A DNA stretch of 64,000 bases from a virus. The stretch's first letter is position 1; each line of letters begins with the position of its first letter. The notes below the pieces were generated by a model. The model did no database searches, had not been told where the DNA came from, and was given only the letters and a program-made list of their open reading frames with translations. The stretch is from the IMG/VR virus record IMGVR_UViG_3300027082_000001, positions 9,613 through 73,612 of that record, one strand, 5' to 3'. Below, one piece after another: positions 1 through 10,390 of this stretch. The position numbers and the translations under genes are program-made.

Positions 1-1
1 C

Positions 2-997
2 CGGATTAAGAATGACTTCAACACAGGTGAGCAGCGGGTGATTCCAACTCCCAAATGGGAAGTCCATGACCGCACTCTGATCATCGTGGATGAAGCTTCA
101 ATGGTGAATCGGACTCTGTACGATTACATCGACAAAGGTACGACCAGTTCCTGTAAGATCTTGTTCGTCGGTGACAAAAACCAACTTGCCCCGGTTAAGG
201 AAAATATCTCCCCGGTGTATGCTAAGAACAAGACAGAGAGTATGCTGATTCAGCCTGTTCGTCAGGAAAACCAACAAGCTCTAATGGATCTCGCAGAGAT
301 AGCCAAGCAAACAGTCTTAACTGGTGAGTTCTTCCCTATTGAAGAAGTCCCCGGTGTGATTGACTTCGTGAATGGGAACCAAATGAAAGGTATTCTTGAG
401 AGAGACTATAATCAAGAAGACTCCAAGCGTCGTATCCTCTGCTACACCAACGAACGGGTTAGGGATTACAATCTCTATGTCCGTGAACTTCGTGGTTATA
501 CTCAACACTACGAAGTAGGTGAAATGCTCACCAACAATTCCAGTGCTGAACTGGTGGATAAAACTCGTCTCTATACCGATCAGGTTGTGGAAGTGATTGA
601 ACGTGGTGACGAATATCAGAATGATCAAATTATTCCCAATCACAGTCTGGACATGATTGATCTCGTGGTTCGAGATCCTGAGACTTTAGCTATTTATGAA
701 GTCACAGTCACAGCAGATCCAAACGACCGTGAAGAAGTCCTGAAATACTGGAAGTCCCGGAAGAAGTGGGATCGGTTTTTCAAGTTCCGTGATCACCATC
801 CAGATCTTCGTAGTGTAGCAGCCAGTACTACTCACAAAGCACAAGGTTCTACTTATGATGATGTCATTGTAGACCTTGGTGACATCGGAAAGTGTACCCA
901 GCCTGAGATGGCAGCACGTCTTCAGTACGTGGCTCTTACTCGTCCCAAAAACCGCCTCTTCATCCGAGGCAAACTCCCAGAAAGGTTTTTCAAATGA
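2..997 (+). CDS. Dda/RecD-like SF1 DNA helicase (5'-truncated by window edge)
   Basis: Motifs IIVDEASMV, VGDKNQLAPV, TTHKAQGSTY, YVALTR; frame is open back to the window start; sits just upstream of the DNA polymerase as in N4-like phages. Confidence 0.9.
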   Translation, partial: RIKNDFNTGEQRVIPTPKWEVHDRTLIIVDEASMVNRTLYDYIDKGTTSSCKILFVGDKNQLAPVKENISPVYAKNKTESMLIQPVRQENQQALMDLAEIAKQTVLTGEFFPIEEVPGVIDFVNGNQMKGILERDYNQEDSKRRILCYTNERVRDYNLYVRELRGYTQHYEVGEMLTNNSSAELVDKTRLYTDQVVEVIERGDEYQNDQIIPNHSLDMIDLVVRDPETLAIYEVTVTADPNDREEVLKYWKSRKKWDRFFKFRDHHPDLRSVAASTTHKAQGSTYDDVIVDLGDIGKCTQPEMAARLQYVALTRPKNRLFIRGKLPERFFK

Positions 998-1296
998 GCG
1001 AAATGGAAATGTGCGTATGTCGATTCGAAGAAGCCGATGATCAAACCATCTTCCCAGAAGACACCGATGACTTCTACGACATGGAAAAAGAACACGGCTG
1101 TCATTACGTCCGTGTGAACGGGAAAATTTTCAAATTCTGGAGTGTCCTCGACGTGGACTACTACGGTTTCCAGACCACACTGCCAGCACAGGATGGCCCT
1201 GTCATTCTGGCTGCGTGGTATAATGGTGGAGCCGGGATACATGAAGTCGTGGAAGAGACAATCAAGGATCTTCTGAATGATCAGCAAAGCGACTGA
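994..1296 (+). CDS. hypothetical protein
   Basis: ATGA overlap with helicase stop; 100 aa, acidic. Confidence 0.75.
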   Translation: MSEMEMCVCRFEEADDQTIFPEDTDDFYDMEKEHGCHYVRVNGKIFKFWSVLDVDYYGFQTTLPAQDGPVILAAWYNGGAGIHEVVEETIKDLLNDQQSD

Positions 1297-1681
1297 TTCG
1301 TTTACTCAGCGAATCTGGATGGCAGGTAACTACGCCAATGCGGAAGAGATCTGTCGAACATTCTGTGAACAAGGGATGTGTGTCTCCATCAGCCCAGCCA
1401 ACTACATCTATACAAGTGGAGAAGAAGCTGGGTTTGTGGTGACTCTCATCAACTATGCCAGATTCCCAAAAGACCCTGTTTTTTTGAAGGATCTGGCATT
1501 TTGCCTTGCCCTAGATCTCATGAACGGACTACACCAACAGTCCTTCTCGATTGAAGGACCAGAGGAGACTCTGTTTTTCTCAAAAAGACCTGAAGATGAA
1601 CAGAAAGCAATGTCAGAAACAGATCGCTGTCCTTACTGTGGAAAACCCGGTCCACCTTGTTTCAATTGCTCAAAGCCATGA
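1277..1681 (+). CDS. hypothetical phage protein with C-terminal CxxC-x6-CxxC motif
   Basis: Overlaps upstream gene, AAGGA RBS; ends CPYCGKPGPPCFNC. Confidence 0.75.
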   Translation: MISKATDSFTQRIWMAGNYANAEEICRTFCEQGMCVSISPANYIYTSGEEAGFVVTLINYARFPKDPVFLKDLAFCLALDLMNGLHQQSFSIEGPEETLFFSKRPEDEQKAMSETDRCPYCGKPGPPCFNCSKP

Positions 1682-1689
1682 GGTAAACT

Positions 1690-4305
1690 ATGCACTACGA
1701 AATCATTGGCAAAGGTGGTCCTGCTCGCATCGCTATCTTGGTTCCACGTATCCAGAAGAATGAGGTGATCAAACACTACATGCCAGTGCTTTCGCAGATA
1801 AATGAGGAGGTCATGATCTGTGACCTCTTCATCGACCGAAAGAAGAAAAAGACATCCAACTCCAACATCAAGGAATATCTTGATGATCTTCTGCCAAATC
1901 TGGCAGCCGCTGGGATTGAGATGCTGATTGTAACCCAGCCCGATTACTTTAAAGTACTGACAAAACAAGGAAAAACAGATGCAAACATCGGTGATATCTT
2001 TGATTCGGTTGCTGGTTTCAAAGCAACCTACTGCCCTAACTACACCCGTATTTTCTACGACCCGGAAAAGACCAAAGCAAAGGTTGATCAATCACTCCGG
2101 GCCGTTACCCACTACTTCGGAGGAACCCATCAGAAGGTCGGATCTTCTATCATCCATGGAGCCACGTATCCATCTACGCTGAAAGACAAGCTCGATTGGC
2201 TGGACAAGCTGATCAAGATGGATGTGGATCTCTCCTGTGATATCGAAGGCTTCTCTTTGAAGCACTACGATGCAGGGATCGGTACAATCACATTTTGCTG
2301 GGACGAACATAACGGCATAGCCTTTGAGGTGGACAACACTCGAACCAAGAAAGAAGATCCAGTCATTCGACAGGCACTGCGGAGGTTCTTCGAGAACTTC
2401 AAGCGCAGGATGATCTATCATAATGCCTGCTACGACGTGTACGTGTTGATCTTCCAGTTGTTCATGGACAATATCTTGGATCAGGAAGGTCTCCTCGAAG
2501 GTTTGGAGGTGATGCTGAGTAACTGGGAAGACTCCCAACTCATCACCTATCTCGCTACGAACTCCTGTGCTGGCAATGAGTTAGGTCTCAAAGCTCAAGC
2601 ACAGGAGTTCGCTGGTAACTATGCCGTCGAAGAGATCAACGACATCACCCAAATCCCACTGAATAATCTTTTGAAGTACAACCTCGTTGATGGTCTCAGC
2701 ACTTGGTACGTGTATAACAAGCACTACCCAACCATGATTGCTGACCAGCAGATGGAGACCTACCAGCACTTCAAAGAGTGGGCAGTGGATATCATTCAGA
2801 TGCAGTTGACCGGGCTTCCGGTGAACATGGAGAAAGTCGAAGCTCTCGACAAACTCCTAAACCAAGAGTCAGATCACTGTGTCTTTAAGATGAAATACAC
2901 CAAGATCGTTCAAGGGTTTGTGTATCAGCTTGAGGAAGATGCTCTCAAGAAGAAGAACGAGAAGCTGAAGACCAAAATTGTCACTCGTGCTGACCTTGGA
3001 TCGACCAAAGATCTCGTGGTTGAATTCAATCCGGGATCTGCTCCACAGCTTCAAAAACTGTTGTATTCCAAGGAGTTTCTTAGTTTGCCAGTCCTCGATC
3101 TGACAGACTCTGGACTTCCATCTACAGGTGCAGACACACTGGAGAAACTGCTTCAGCAGAACATCACTGAGGAAACCAAAGAATTCCTCAACATCCTATT
3201 GAAGTACAAGGCCAGTGCAATCATCATCAGCACATTCATCCCGGCATTCCTGAAAGCATGTCCGGGACCAGATGGATGGCATTACCTGTTTGGTAATTTC
3301 CGACTGGGTGGAACTCTTTCTGGTCGGTTGTCATCAAACAACCCCAATCTCCAGAACATTCCGAGCAGTGCAGGTGGTCCGCTGAAGAGCAGACTTGCCA
3401 AGCTGATCAAAGAATGTTTTGAAGCTCCTCCCGGATGGCTCTTTGTAGGTCTGGACTTCGATTCACTCGAAGACCGGATCTCTGCATTGCAGACGAAGGA
3501 TCCTGAGAAGCTGAAGGTTTATACTGACGGCTACGATGGTCACTCTCTGAGAGCCTACGGGTACTTCAGTGATCAGATGCCAGACATCGACCCTACGTCG
3601 GTGGAAAGCATCAACAGCATCGCCAAGAAGTATAAGCCACTGCGTCAGGAATCGAAGGCTCCAACCTTTGCTCTGACCTATCAGGGTACATTCCACACGC
3701 TGATGACGAACTGTGGTTTCAGCAAGGAGAAGGCTCAAATGATCGAGTCCAAGTACAAGAAGATGTACAAAGTCTCGATTGACTACGTGAACCAGAAACT
3801 GGAGCAAGCGACTCACGATGGCTATATCACAGTGGCCTTCGGACTGCGTGTACGGACACCTCTGTTGAAGCAGACTATTCTTGGTACAGGAAAGACCCCC
3901 AAGGAGGCAGCAGCAGAGGGCAGGACAGCAGGTAACGCCATGGGCCAGAGCTACTGTATGCTCAACTCACGGGCTGCCTGTGCCTTTCTCAAGAAGGCTC
4001 GTAAGTCCAAGCACCGTCTGGACATCAAACCATGTGCTCATATTCATGATGCTCAGTATTACCTCGTTCGTGACGGAGCGTATGAAGCACTCATGTATCT
4101 GAACACCGAACTTCCCAAAGAAGTCTCGTGGCAAGATGATCCTGAGATCTGGCACGATGAAGTAAAACTCTCTGGTTCAGTGGAGATCTTCTATCCGAAC
4201 TGGAACCATGGTTTCGACATCCCCAATACAGCGAATGAGAACACGATCAAAAACAAGATCAAAGAACATCTCGCTGACCTCAAAGAGAAAGGTATCGCAG
4301 CATGA
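1690..4305 (+). CDS. DNA polymerase, family A, with 3'-5' exonuclease (N4 gp39-like)
   Basis: Exo motifs CDIEG, YHNACYD, YNLVD; GRLSSNNPNLQNIP; motif A DFDSLEDRI, motif B RQESKAPTFALTY, motif C HIHDAQY; GAGG RBS. Confidence 0.96.
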   Translation: MHYEIIGKGGPARIAILVPRIQKNEVIKHYMPVLSQINEEVMICDLFIDRKKKKTSNSNIKEYLDDLLPNLAAAGIEMLIVTQPDYFKVLTKQGKTDANIGDIFDSVAGFKATYCPNYTRIFYDPEKTKAKVDQSLRAVTHYFGGTHQKVGSSIIHGATYPSTLKDKLDWLDKLIKMDVDLSCDIEGFSLKHYDAGIGTITFCWDEHNGIAFEVDNTRTKKEDPVIRQALRRFFENFKRRMIYHNACYDVYVLIFQLFMDNILDQEGLLEGLEVMLSNWEDSQLITYLATNSCAGNELGLKAQAQEFAGNYAVEEINDITQIPLNNLLKYNLVDGLSTWYVYNKHYPTMIADQQMETYQHFKEWAVDIIQMQLTGLPVNMEKVEALDKLLNQESDHCVFKMKYTKIVQGFVYQLEEDALKKKNEKLKTKIVTRADLGSTKDLVVEFNPGSAPQLQKLLYSKEFLSLPVLDLTDSGLPSTGADTLEKLLQQNITEETKEFLNILLKYKASAIIISTFIPAFLKACPGPDGWHYLFGNFRLGGTLSGRLSSNNPNLQNIPSSAGGPLKSRLAKLIKECFEAPPGWLFVGLDFDSLEDRISALQTKDPEKLKVYTDGYDGHSLRAYGYFSDQMPDIDPTSVESINSIAKKYKPLRQESKAPTFALTYQGTFHTLMTNCGFSKEKAQMIESKYKKMYKVSIDYVNQKLEQATHDGYITVAFGLRVRTPLLKQTILGTGKTPKEAAAEGRTAGNAMGQSYCMLNSRAACAFLKKARKSKHRLDIKPCAHIHDAQYYLVRDGAYEALMYLNTELPKEVSWQDDPEIWHDEVKLSGSVEIFYPNWNHGFDIPNTANENTIKNKIKEHLADLKEKGIAA

Positions 4306-4490
4306 ATTTCATCTCTGTGGCTAACATCAAATACGTGGACTCGGAAAACTTTGAAGAAGTCAGAGGCTATGACGATCTTACCGTCCAAACCAACTGTTTC
4401 ATCTTCCAGTGGTTCGAGTCTCAACAAACCTTGGTCATCCCAATGCACCGGATTGATTACCTCACCACATCTCAGGAGGAAGATTCATGA
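4302..4490 (+). CDS. hypothetical protein
   Basis: ATGA-coupled to the polymerase and to the next gene. Confidence 0.65.
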   Translation: MNFISVANIKYVDSENFEEVRGYDDLTVQTNCFIFQWFESQQTLVIPMHRIDYLTTSQEEDS

Positions 4491-4669
4491 GTCAGAAAGT
4501 CTATAAAAAAGGCTATATGCAAGCTCTAACTGATCTCGAAAAGAAGTTGGACAACGCCATAGCTAACGAAGGAGGTGTTCATTTCGGTAAGCACTTCGTT
4601 CTCAATGTCCACTGGGATCCTGAGATTCGTGACCAAATTGAAGAACTCAAAACGGAGTTTCGCAGATGA
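4487..4669 (+). CDS. hypothetical protein
   Basis: AGGAGG RBS, ATGA overlaps on both sides. Confidence 0.7.
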   Translation: MSQKVYKKGYMQALTDLEKKLDNAIANEGGVHFGKHFVLNVHWDPEIRDQIEELKTEFRR

Positions 4670-5661
4670 AACAGCTGACCAACAACCATCAGATCGACCT
4701 ACCCATTGCAGTCTGGCTTCTTCAGCAGGGCTACTATTCTGGAGCAGATGTCGCTCCAGAAGGAGAGTTGATCAGCGTCACAACCCTGATGAAACCGACT
4801 CGTCGGTTGATTCTGGAACGTCAGGTAGACCAGAGCCACGAGGTAATGGACGTATCTGATCTGATTGCCTCGCGGGTGGGTCATGGTCTTCATGATTCCA
4901 TCGAGCGAGCATGGACTGAGGGCGACTGGAAAGGGGCCATGCGGAGGCTTCGCTATCCCCAGTCAGTGATTGATCGTGTAAAGATCAATCCAGATCCTTC
5001 GGAGGTTGGTGAGAACGATATTCCCATCTTCTTGGAGCAGCGCCGATTCAAGGAAATCGGGGGTATTGTTCTCACTGGCCAACTGGATTTTGCCATCAAT
5101 GGGGCATACCGTGATGTAAAGACCACTTCTACTTTCAGTTATACTTCTGGATCCAAGGATAAAGATTACATTCTCCAAGGCTCCATGTATCGCTACATCA
5201 TGCCGGAACTGATCTGGCAGGATACCATGAGGATCGAGTTCATCTTCACCGACTGGCAGAAGTATCGAGCCAAAGGAGATCAGAACTATCCTCAAGCGAA
5301 AGTAGCTCACAAAGAATTCCCTCTAATGTCTGAAGCTGAGACAGAAGAGTGGATCCTCGACAAGCTGGCTGACATCAAGAAGAATGCCAAACACACGAAC
5401 AATCAGTCTAAGATGGTTCGATGCACTGATGAAGAACTGTGGAAGCAATCGGATCAGTACAAGTATTACGCCAATTCCGAAACAGCGAAGAAGGGTGGGC
5501 GTGCTCAAAAGACATTTGCCAATCTGGCAGATGCAGAACTCCACAAAAAAGAGAAAGGCAAAGGCACTATCGTCACTGTCAAAGGTGAAGTGAAAGCCTG
5601 CGACTATTGCCCTGCTTTCTCGGTCTGTGAACAACGCAAGGAGTATTTTCCAGATGTCTAA
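4666..5661 (+). CDS. PD-(D/E)xK / Cas4-like nuclease (N4 gp42-like)
   Basis: G-x2-LH, GQLD...DVKT nuclease core, Q-x3-Y, C-terminal CDYCPAFSVC cluster; syntenic position. Confidence 0.85.
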   Translation: MKQLTNNHQIDLPIAVWLLQQGYYSGADVAPEGELISVTTLMKPTRRLILERQVDQSHEVMDVSDLIASRVGHGLHDSIERAWTEGDWKGAMRRLRYPQSVIDRVKINPDPSEVGENDIPIFLEQRRFKEIGGIVLTGQLDFAINGAYRDVKTTSTFSYTSGSKDKDYILQGSMYRYIMPELIWQDTMRIEFIFTDWQKYRAKGDQNYPQAKVAHKEFPLMSEAETEEWILDKLADIKKNAKHTNNQSKMVRCTDEELWKQSDQYKYYANSETAKKGGRAQKTFANLADAELHKKEKGKGTIVTVKGEVKACDYCPAFSVCEQRKEYFPDV

Positions 5662-7810
5662 CTTCTATGATCTCAGTGTCATAGAGAACACGCCACATAA
5701 CCATGCAATGCAGGAACTGACTGATCTTCTCTGTCACCGTACAGGGCAAGTCAATCGGGACTTCTTTCAGGCAGAAGTGGCGTATTTTCTCGGCCTCATT
5801 CCATCCGCAATGCGATGCAAAATCCAGTCACCTGAACGTGGTGTGCTGCCTGTGAATATCTATTCCATCGGTCTGGCTACGTCCGGCTTTGGTAAAGGCC
5901 ATTCTGTGAGCCTGCTGGAAGATGTGCTCTCAGAGTTCAGAGAGATATACATGAAGAGCACTTTTGGTCAACTTTCTGAACAAAACCTCTTCAATCTCGC
6001 TGTAGACATTGCCGCTGCCAAAGGCGGTGATGAACAGAAAGAGCTTGAAGCACTCGAAACTGACTTCAAGAAGCAAGGTCATGCCCCGTTTATCTTTGAC
6101 TCGGGTACTGGTCCTGCTGTAAAGCAGCTTCGCTACAAGCTCCTACTCTCAGGGGTGGGGTCCATCAATTTTCAAATGGATGAGATGGGTTCTAACCTGT
6201 TGGGAAACAACGAAGTTCTCAACACACTGTTGGAGCTTTATGACCTTGGCAAGATCAAAGCCAAGTTGGTGAAGAACACCCCGGACAATGAAAGGGGTCT
6301 GGATATCGCTGGCTCAACACCAGCCAATGTCCTGATGTTCGGAACCAGTTCTAAGCTGTTCGACGGAGCCAAGATCGAGGAAGAGTTCTATTCCTTCCTC
6401 GCAACAGGCTACGCTCGACGCTGTTTTTTCGGGATGGGTAAGAGTGAAACCAAGTTTGCGAGTATCAATCCCGAAGATGTCTACAACGGGTTGGTGTCAA
6501 AGAATCAGTCTGCGGCACTCACCCGTTGGCAGACATTCCTCACCAAGTTTGCCGATCCTCGGTATTACAACCACACGTTGGACGTACCAAAGGACGTGGG
6601 TATCGAATTGATTAGCTATCGTCTTCAGTGTGAGGCGACAGCCAATGAAATGCCAGAGCATGAGGAAATCCGAAAAGCTGAACTGTCACATAGGTATTTC
6701 AAATCCCTGAAACTCGCTGGAGTGTATGCTTTCCTTGATGAGTCGAGTGAAATCCAGATTCAGCATCTCCGTCAGGCCATCAAGGTCGCGGAGGAGTCAG
6801 GTGCGTCTTTTCAGAAACTGCTGAAGCGCGAACGTAACTTCGTTCGATTGGCGAAGTACATTGCGACCAGCCCGGACAACCTTACTCATGCAGACTTGGT
6901 TGAGGATTTGCCCTACTACCCAACTTCGACTGTCGCTCGTAAAGAGATGATGGACTTGGCTATGGCGTGGGGTGTGAGCAACCATGTGGTCATCACCAAA
7001 AACGTGGTGCAACAGGTGGAATTTTTCTCTGGTTCAACTCTCACTGAGACGGATCTGAACAAACTGAAGTTCAGCTTCAGTGATCACTTTGCCTATGACT
7101 ACGAGGATCAGGAACAGCCTCTGGACAAGCTGGAGATTTTACTCAAGCAACCGAATCTTCACTGGTGTAATCACTCTTTCGAGGGTGGACACCGGAGCGA
7201 AGATAAGGTGATTCCCGGCTTCAACATGCTGGTGGTGGACGTAGATGGAGGCATTAAGCTCGATGCTGTCCATCAGCTTCTGGCTGACTATACGTTCATC
7301 ACAGCCACAACCAAGCGTCATACAGACGAGGAGAATCGCTTCCGGCTCATCATGCCTGCGAACTACCATCTCCACTTGGAAAAAAACGACTATAAGGAAT
7401 TCATGAATTCCTTTCTTTTGTGGCTTCCATTTGAGTCGGACTCGTCTGCCAATCAGCGTTCCAAGAAATGGCAAACTCATGAAGACTCTGTGGTTCACAT
7501 TAACCGTGGACCGCAAGTCATTGATGTTCTGCCATTTATCCCAAAGACCAAGGCAAACTCTGAGTATGTGAAACAAGTCGCAGACCTTGGAAACCTTGAA
7601 AATCTGGAGCGATGGTTCTTGAACAACATGGAGGTTGGGGGTAGGAATAACACCCTGCTCAACTACGCCATGATGCTCAAGGATGCAGGCATGAGCTACG
7701 ACGATTTGGAGAAAAAAGTTATCAAACTGAACTCTGAATCGGAGTCACCTCTCAAGAAGGACGAAATCTATTCGACCGTCCTCAAATCTGTGGCATCCAA
7801 AATACCATAA
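5654..7810 (+). CDS. DNA primase (N4 gp43/dns-like)
   Basis: SGFGKG loop, AEP-like VVDVDG and TTKRH...RFRLIMP, PriCT-like GGRNNTL; start chosen at the ATG after AAGGAG. Confidence 0.88.
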   Translation: MSNFYDLSVIENTPHNHAMQELTDLLCHRTGQVNRDFFQAEVAYFLGLIPSAMRCKIQSPERGVLPVNIYSIGLATSGFGKGHSVSLLEDVLSEFREIYMKSTFGQLSEQNLFNLAVDIAAAKGGDEQKELEALETDFKKQGHAPFIFDSGTGPAVKQLRYKLLLSGVGSINFQMDEMGSNLLGNNEVLNTLLELYDLGKIKAKLVKNTPDNERGLDIAGSTPANVLMFGTSSKLFDGAKIEEEFYSFLATGYARRCFFGMGKSETKFASINPEDVYNGLVSKNQSAALTRWQTFLTKFADPRYYNHTLDVPKDVGIELISYRLQCEATANEMPEHEEIRKAELSHRYFKSLKLAGVYAFLDESSEIQIQHLRQAIKVAEESGASFQKLLKRERNFVRLAKYIATSPDNLTHADLVEDLPYYPTSTVARKEMMDLAMAWGVSNHVVITKNVVQQVEFFSGSTLTETDLNKLKFSFSDHFAYDYEDQEQPLDKLEILLKQPNLHWCNHSFEGGHRSEDKVIPGFNMLVVDVDGGIKLDAVHQLLADYTFITATTKRHTDEENRFRLIMPANYHLHLEKNDYKEFMNSFLLWLPFESDSSANQRSKKWQTHEDSVVHINRGPQVIDVLPFIPKTKANSEYVKQVADLGNLENLERWFLNNMEVGGRNNTLLNYAMMLKDAGMSYDDLEKKVIKLNSESESPLKKDEIYSTVLKSVASKIP

Positions 7811-7828
7811 CCACCTGAAGGAGACACA

Positions 7829-8569
7829 ATGTCTGACGCCAACAATCCTCACAGCATCCTGATCTGTGGGGAGTCTGGGGCTGGTAAATCCATGTCCCTG
7901 TACTCTCTGCGTGATCGTACAGACGTGCTGTATCTTAACTGTGAGGGCGGGAAACCCCTGCCCTTCAAGAACAAGTTCAAGAACAAGGTGATCACCGATC
8001 CGGAAGACATCATCGACTGGCTTGCACAACTCGAAGAACTGGGATCTGAAAACCCCTATAACTTCGTTGTGATCGACACCATCAGTTTCATGATGGATAT
8101 GTACGAGACGGTCTATGTGATCGACTCTGCAAACACCCAGAAGGCATGGGGCAACTATTCCCAATTCTTCAAGCGTCTGATCAACGCATCTTCGAAAGTC
8201 AATGCTTTCTTCATTTTCATCGGTCACTTGGATCGTGAACTCGATGAAGAAGCAGGTGTCTTTCGTACCAGCGTACCCGTCAAGGGTGCTCTCAAGAAGA
8301 AAGGTCTCGAAGCCTATTTCACCACAGTGGTGAACGTCAGCAAGGAAACCATCAAGGATCTCCAGAAGTATCCTGAAAACTCGATGCTGAATATCACTGA
8401 GGAAGAAAAAGAACTGGGCTTCAAGCACGTTTTCCAAACCCGAACCACCAAGAAGACTGTCGGTGATCGGATCCGTTCTCCCATGGGAATGTGGGATCGT
8501 TCCGAACTTTACATCGACAATGACCTTACTCCTGTAATCAAACGATTGATTGCATACTACGAGGACTGA
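7829..8569 (+). CDS. AAA ATPase, Sak4-like (N4 gp44-like)
   Basis: Walker A GESGAGKS, Walker B VVIDTIS; AAGGAG RBS. Confidence 0.88.
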   Translation: MSDANNPHSILICGESGAGKSMSLYSLRDRTDVLYLNCEGGKPLPFKNKFKNKVITDPEDIIDWLAQLEELGSENPYNFVVIDTISFMMDMYETVYVIDSANTQKAWGNYSQFFKRLINASSKVNAFFIFIGHLDRELDEEAGVFRTSVPVKGALKKKGLEAYFTTVVNVSKETIKDLQKYPENSMLNITEEEKELGFKHVFQTRTTKKTVGDRIRSPMGMWDRSELYIDNDLTPVIKRLIAYYED

Positions 8570-8624
8570 CTCTTCTCTCTTGGTTTCGACCAAGTCAACT
8601 CATGAACCAAAAGAAGGACAAACC

Positions 8625-9443
8625 ATGAGCAACATTTTCTCGAAAGCAAAACCCGCTGCCAAGGCTGAAGTCGAAGACGACTTTCTCGGTGGTGGTGGCA
8701 TACTCGACACGGATATCTATCCGGCTGAGATCAAATATGCCTACATCGGCAAAGCTGCCCACAGCGATGCCCGCAACCTGACCCTCTGCTTGAAGGTCAA
8801 TGGCAAAACGGAAGTGACCCGTCAGACTTGGATGACCAACCGGAACGGTGATGTCACCTACAAGGACAAGAAGACTGGTGAAGCAAAGAACCTTCCCGGC
8901 TTCAATCAGGTGAACAGCCTGTGTATGCTCATCGCTTCAAAAGAAGTCGGTGACATGGAAGTAGAGGAGAAGACTCTGAATCTCTACGACTTCGATGCAC
9001 AGAAAGAAGTTCCTCAAGCTGTGGAGTGTTTCACCGAACTCCATGGTGAGAAGATCCAAGTCGCCATCCAGCGTCAGACGGTGGACAAGACTGAGAAAAA
9101 CGAAGCCACGGGTGACTATGAACCCACTGGCGAAACTCGTGATCAGAACGAGTTCATCAAGTTCTTCCCAGAAGATCGTCTGGTGACGATCAGCGAAGTG
9201 GCTCATTTTGTGAAGAGTCTTGGTGGTGACTTCGAAGAAGTTCTCAACGACGGTGATCTCGGCAAAGCCATCTCCAAGATGGACGAAGACGGTGATTATG
9301 CTCACAAGTGGCTGGAAAAGAACCGTGGCCAGACCTACGACAAATCCACCGGCAAGAAAGAAGGCAAAGCCTTCAAAAATGGCAAGTCTGACTCGTCTGG
9401 TGGAGGCGAGAAAAAGCAGAAGTCCAGCTTGTTCGACGATTGA
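8625..9443 (+). CDS. single-stranded DNA-binding protein / late transcription activator (N4 gp45-like)
   Basis: Synteny; LPGFNQVNSLC segment; C-terminal KSSLFDD tail; AAGGA RBS before ATG 8625. Confidence 0.85.
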   Translation: MSNIFSKAKPAAKAEVEDDFLGGGGILDTDIYPAEIKYAYIGKAAHSDARNLTLCLKVNGKTEVTRQTWMTNRNGDVTYKDKKTGEAKNLPGFNQVNSLCMLIASKEVGDMEVEEKTLNLYDFDAQKEVPQAVECFTELHGEKIQVAIQRQTVDKTEKNEATGDYEPTGETRDQNEFIKFFPEDRLVTISEVAHFVKSLGGDFEEVLNDGDLGKAISKMDEDGDYAHKWLEKNRGQTYDKSTGKKEGKAFKNGKSDSSGGGEKKQKSSLFDD

Positions 9444-10390
9444 ACCAAGCAGACTTCATAGAGGTCTTCGGACAGGTGGTGGATTCGTACTCATTGCGGA
9501 TCCCCACCTACGTTCATGTCAGCAAGAAAAACCAGAAAGCAGTCAACCTGAACGTCTATCGAAACCTCCATCACCATCATCTCAACACACAAAAGAAAAA
9601 CTTCGCAGATGAGGTGAAACCACTTCTGAGGGATAAGCCACGAGCAGAACGAGTGTGGATCCACTACACAGTCTTTGCCCCCAGAAATGGCCGACTCGAC
9701 ACGATGAATGTCGGGTCCATCGCTGACAAGTATTTCAGTGATACGATGGTGGAAGCTGGAAAGATCCCTGATGACAACATGGATCATATCGTGTTGTCCA
9801 CTTTTTCCTTTGGTGGTGTGGTTCCAATGGATGGCCATGCTATCGCAACAGTCAATATTCTCACAAAGGAGTCCGAAGATATGCGGATTATTCTCGACCA
9901 AGAGGACATCCAGAACGCCCTGAACGCATACGTCAAGACGCTGAATTTCCCCAATGCTGAACAAGCAGAAGTGGATCTGGACGTCGAAAACGATGAGATC
10001 GTCGCAGAGGTGGTCATGGGTGAAGCCAAGCCAAAAAACAAAGGCGGGCGTCCTCGCAAAAACACCACACGGAAGGCTCCGGCCAAGAAGCAGGAGGACA
10101 CCGATGTGGAAAACACTACTTCTGGCAGCGACGAAGGAGATAGCACTGACTCTGATTCAGGAGGAAGTACAGAGACGGAGGACGCTGCTGAAACAGGAGA
10201 GAAAAACTCTTCTGAAGACGCAAAACCCAAAACCACAACCGAAGAAGTCAAAGGGAACTCCAAAAAGGGAAACCTTTTCGGGGACGAGGAAACAAAATCC
10301 TCGGACTCAGCGACGACTGAGAGTGATTCCCCCAAATCAAAAACGGTTGTGAAGCCTGCAAAAAAGTCGAGCATTTTCGATGTGGACTAA
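9440..10390 (+). CDS. RusA-like resolvase (gp46-like) fused in frame to gp47-like protein
   Basis: N-half has D-x2-N-x5-K-x3-D...IPDDN RusA-type motif; C-half starts MRIILDQEDIQNAL at 9881 with its own AAAGGAG RBS; acidic low-complexity tail. Confidence 0.75.
   Translation: MNQADFIEVFGQVVDSYSLRIPTYVHVSKKNQKAVNLNVYRNLHHHHLNTQKKNFADEVKPLLRDKPRAERVWIHYTVFAPRNGRLDTMNVGSIADKYFSDTMVEAGKIPDDNMDHIVLSTFSFGGVVPMDGHAIATVNILTKESEDMRIILDQEDIQNALNAYVKTLNFPNAEQAEVDLDVENDEIVAEVVMGEAKPKNKGGRPRKNTTRKAPAKKQEDTDVENTTSGSDEGDSTDSDSGGSTETEDAAETGEKNSSEDAKPKTTTEEVKGNSKKGNLFGDEETKSSDSATTESDSPKSKTVVKPAKKSSIFDVD

Noticed and set aside
1690-4305. Intron or intein in the DNA polymerase (also checked terminase and primase)
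   Set aside because: ORFs are continuous, of ordinary size, and lack intein splice motifs
4666-5661. Cas4-like nuclease as a sign of a CRISPR system
   Set aside because: Core N4 replication-block gene; no array or other cas genes in the window
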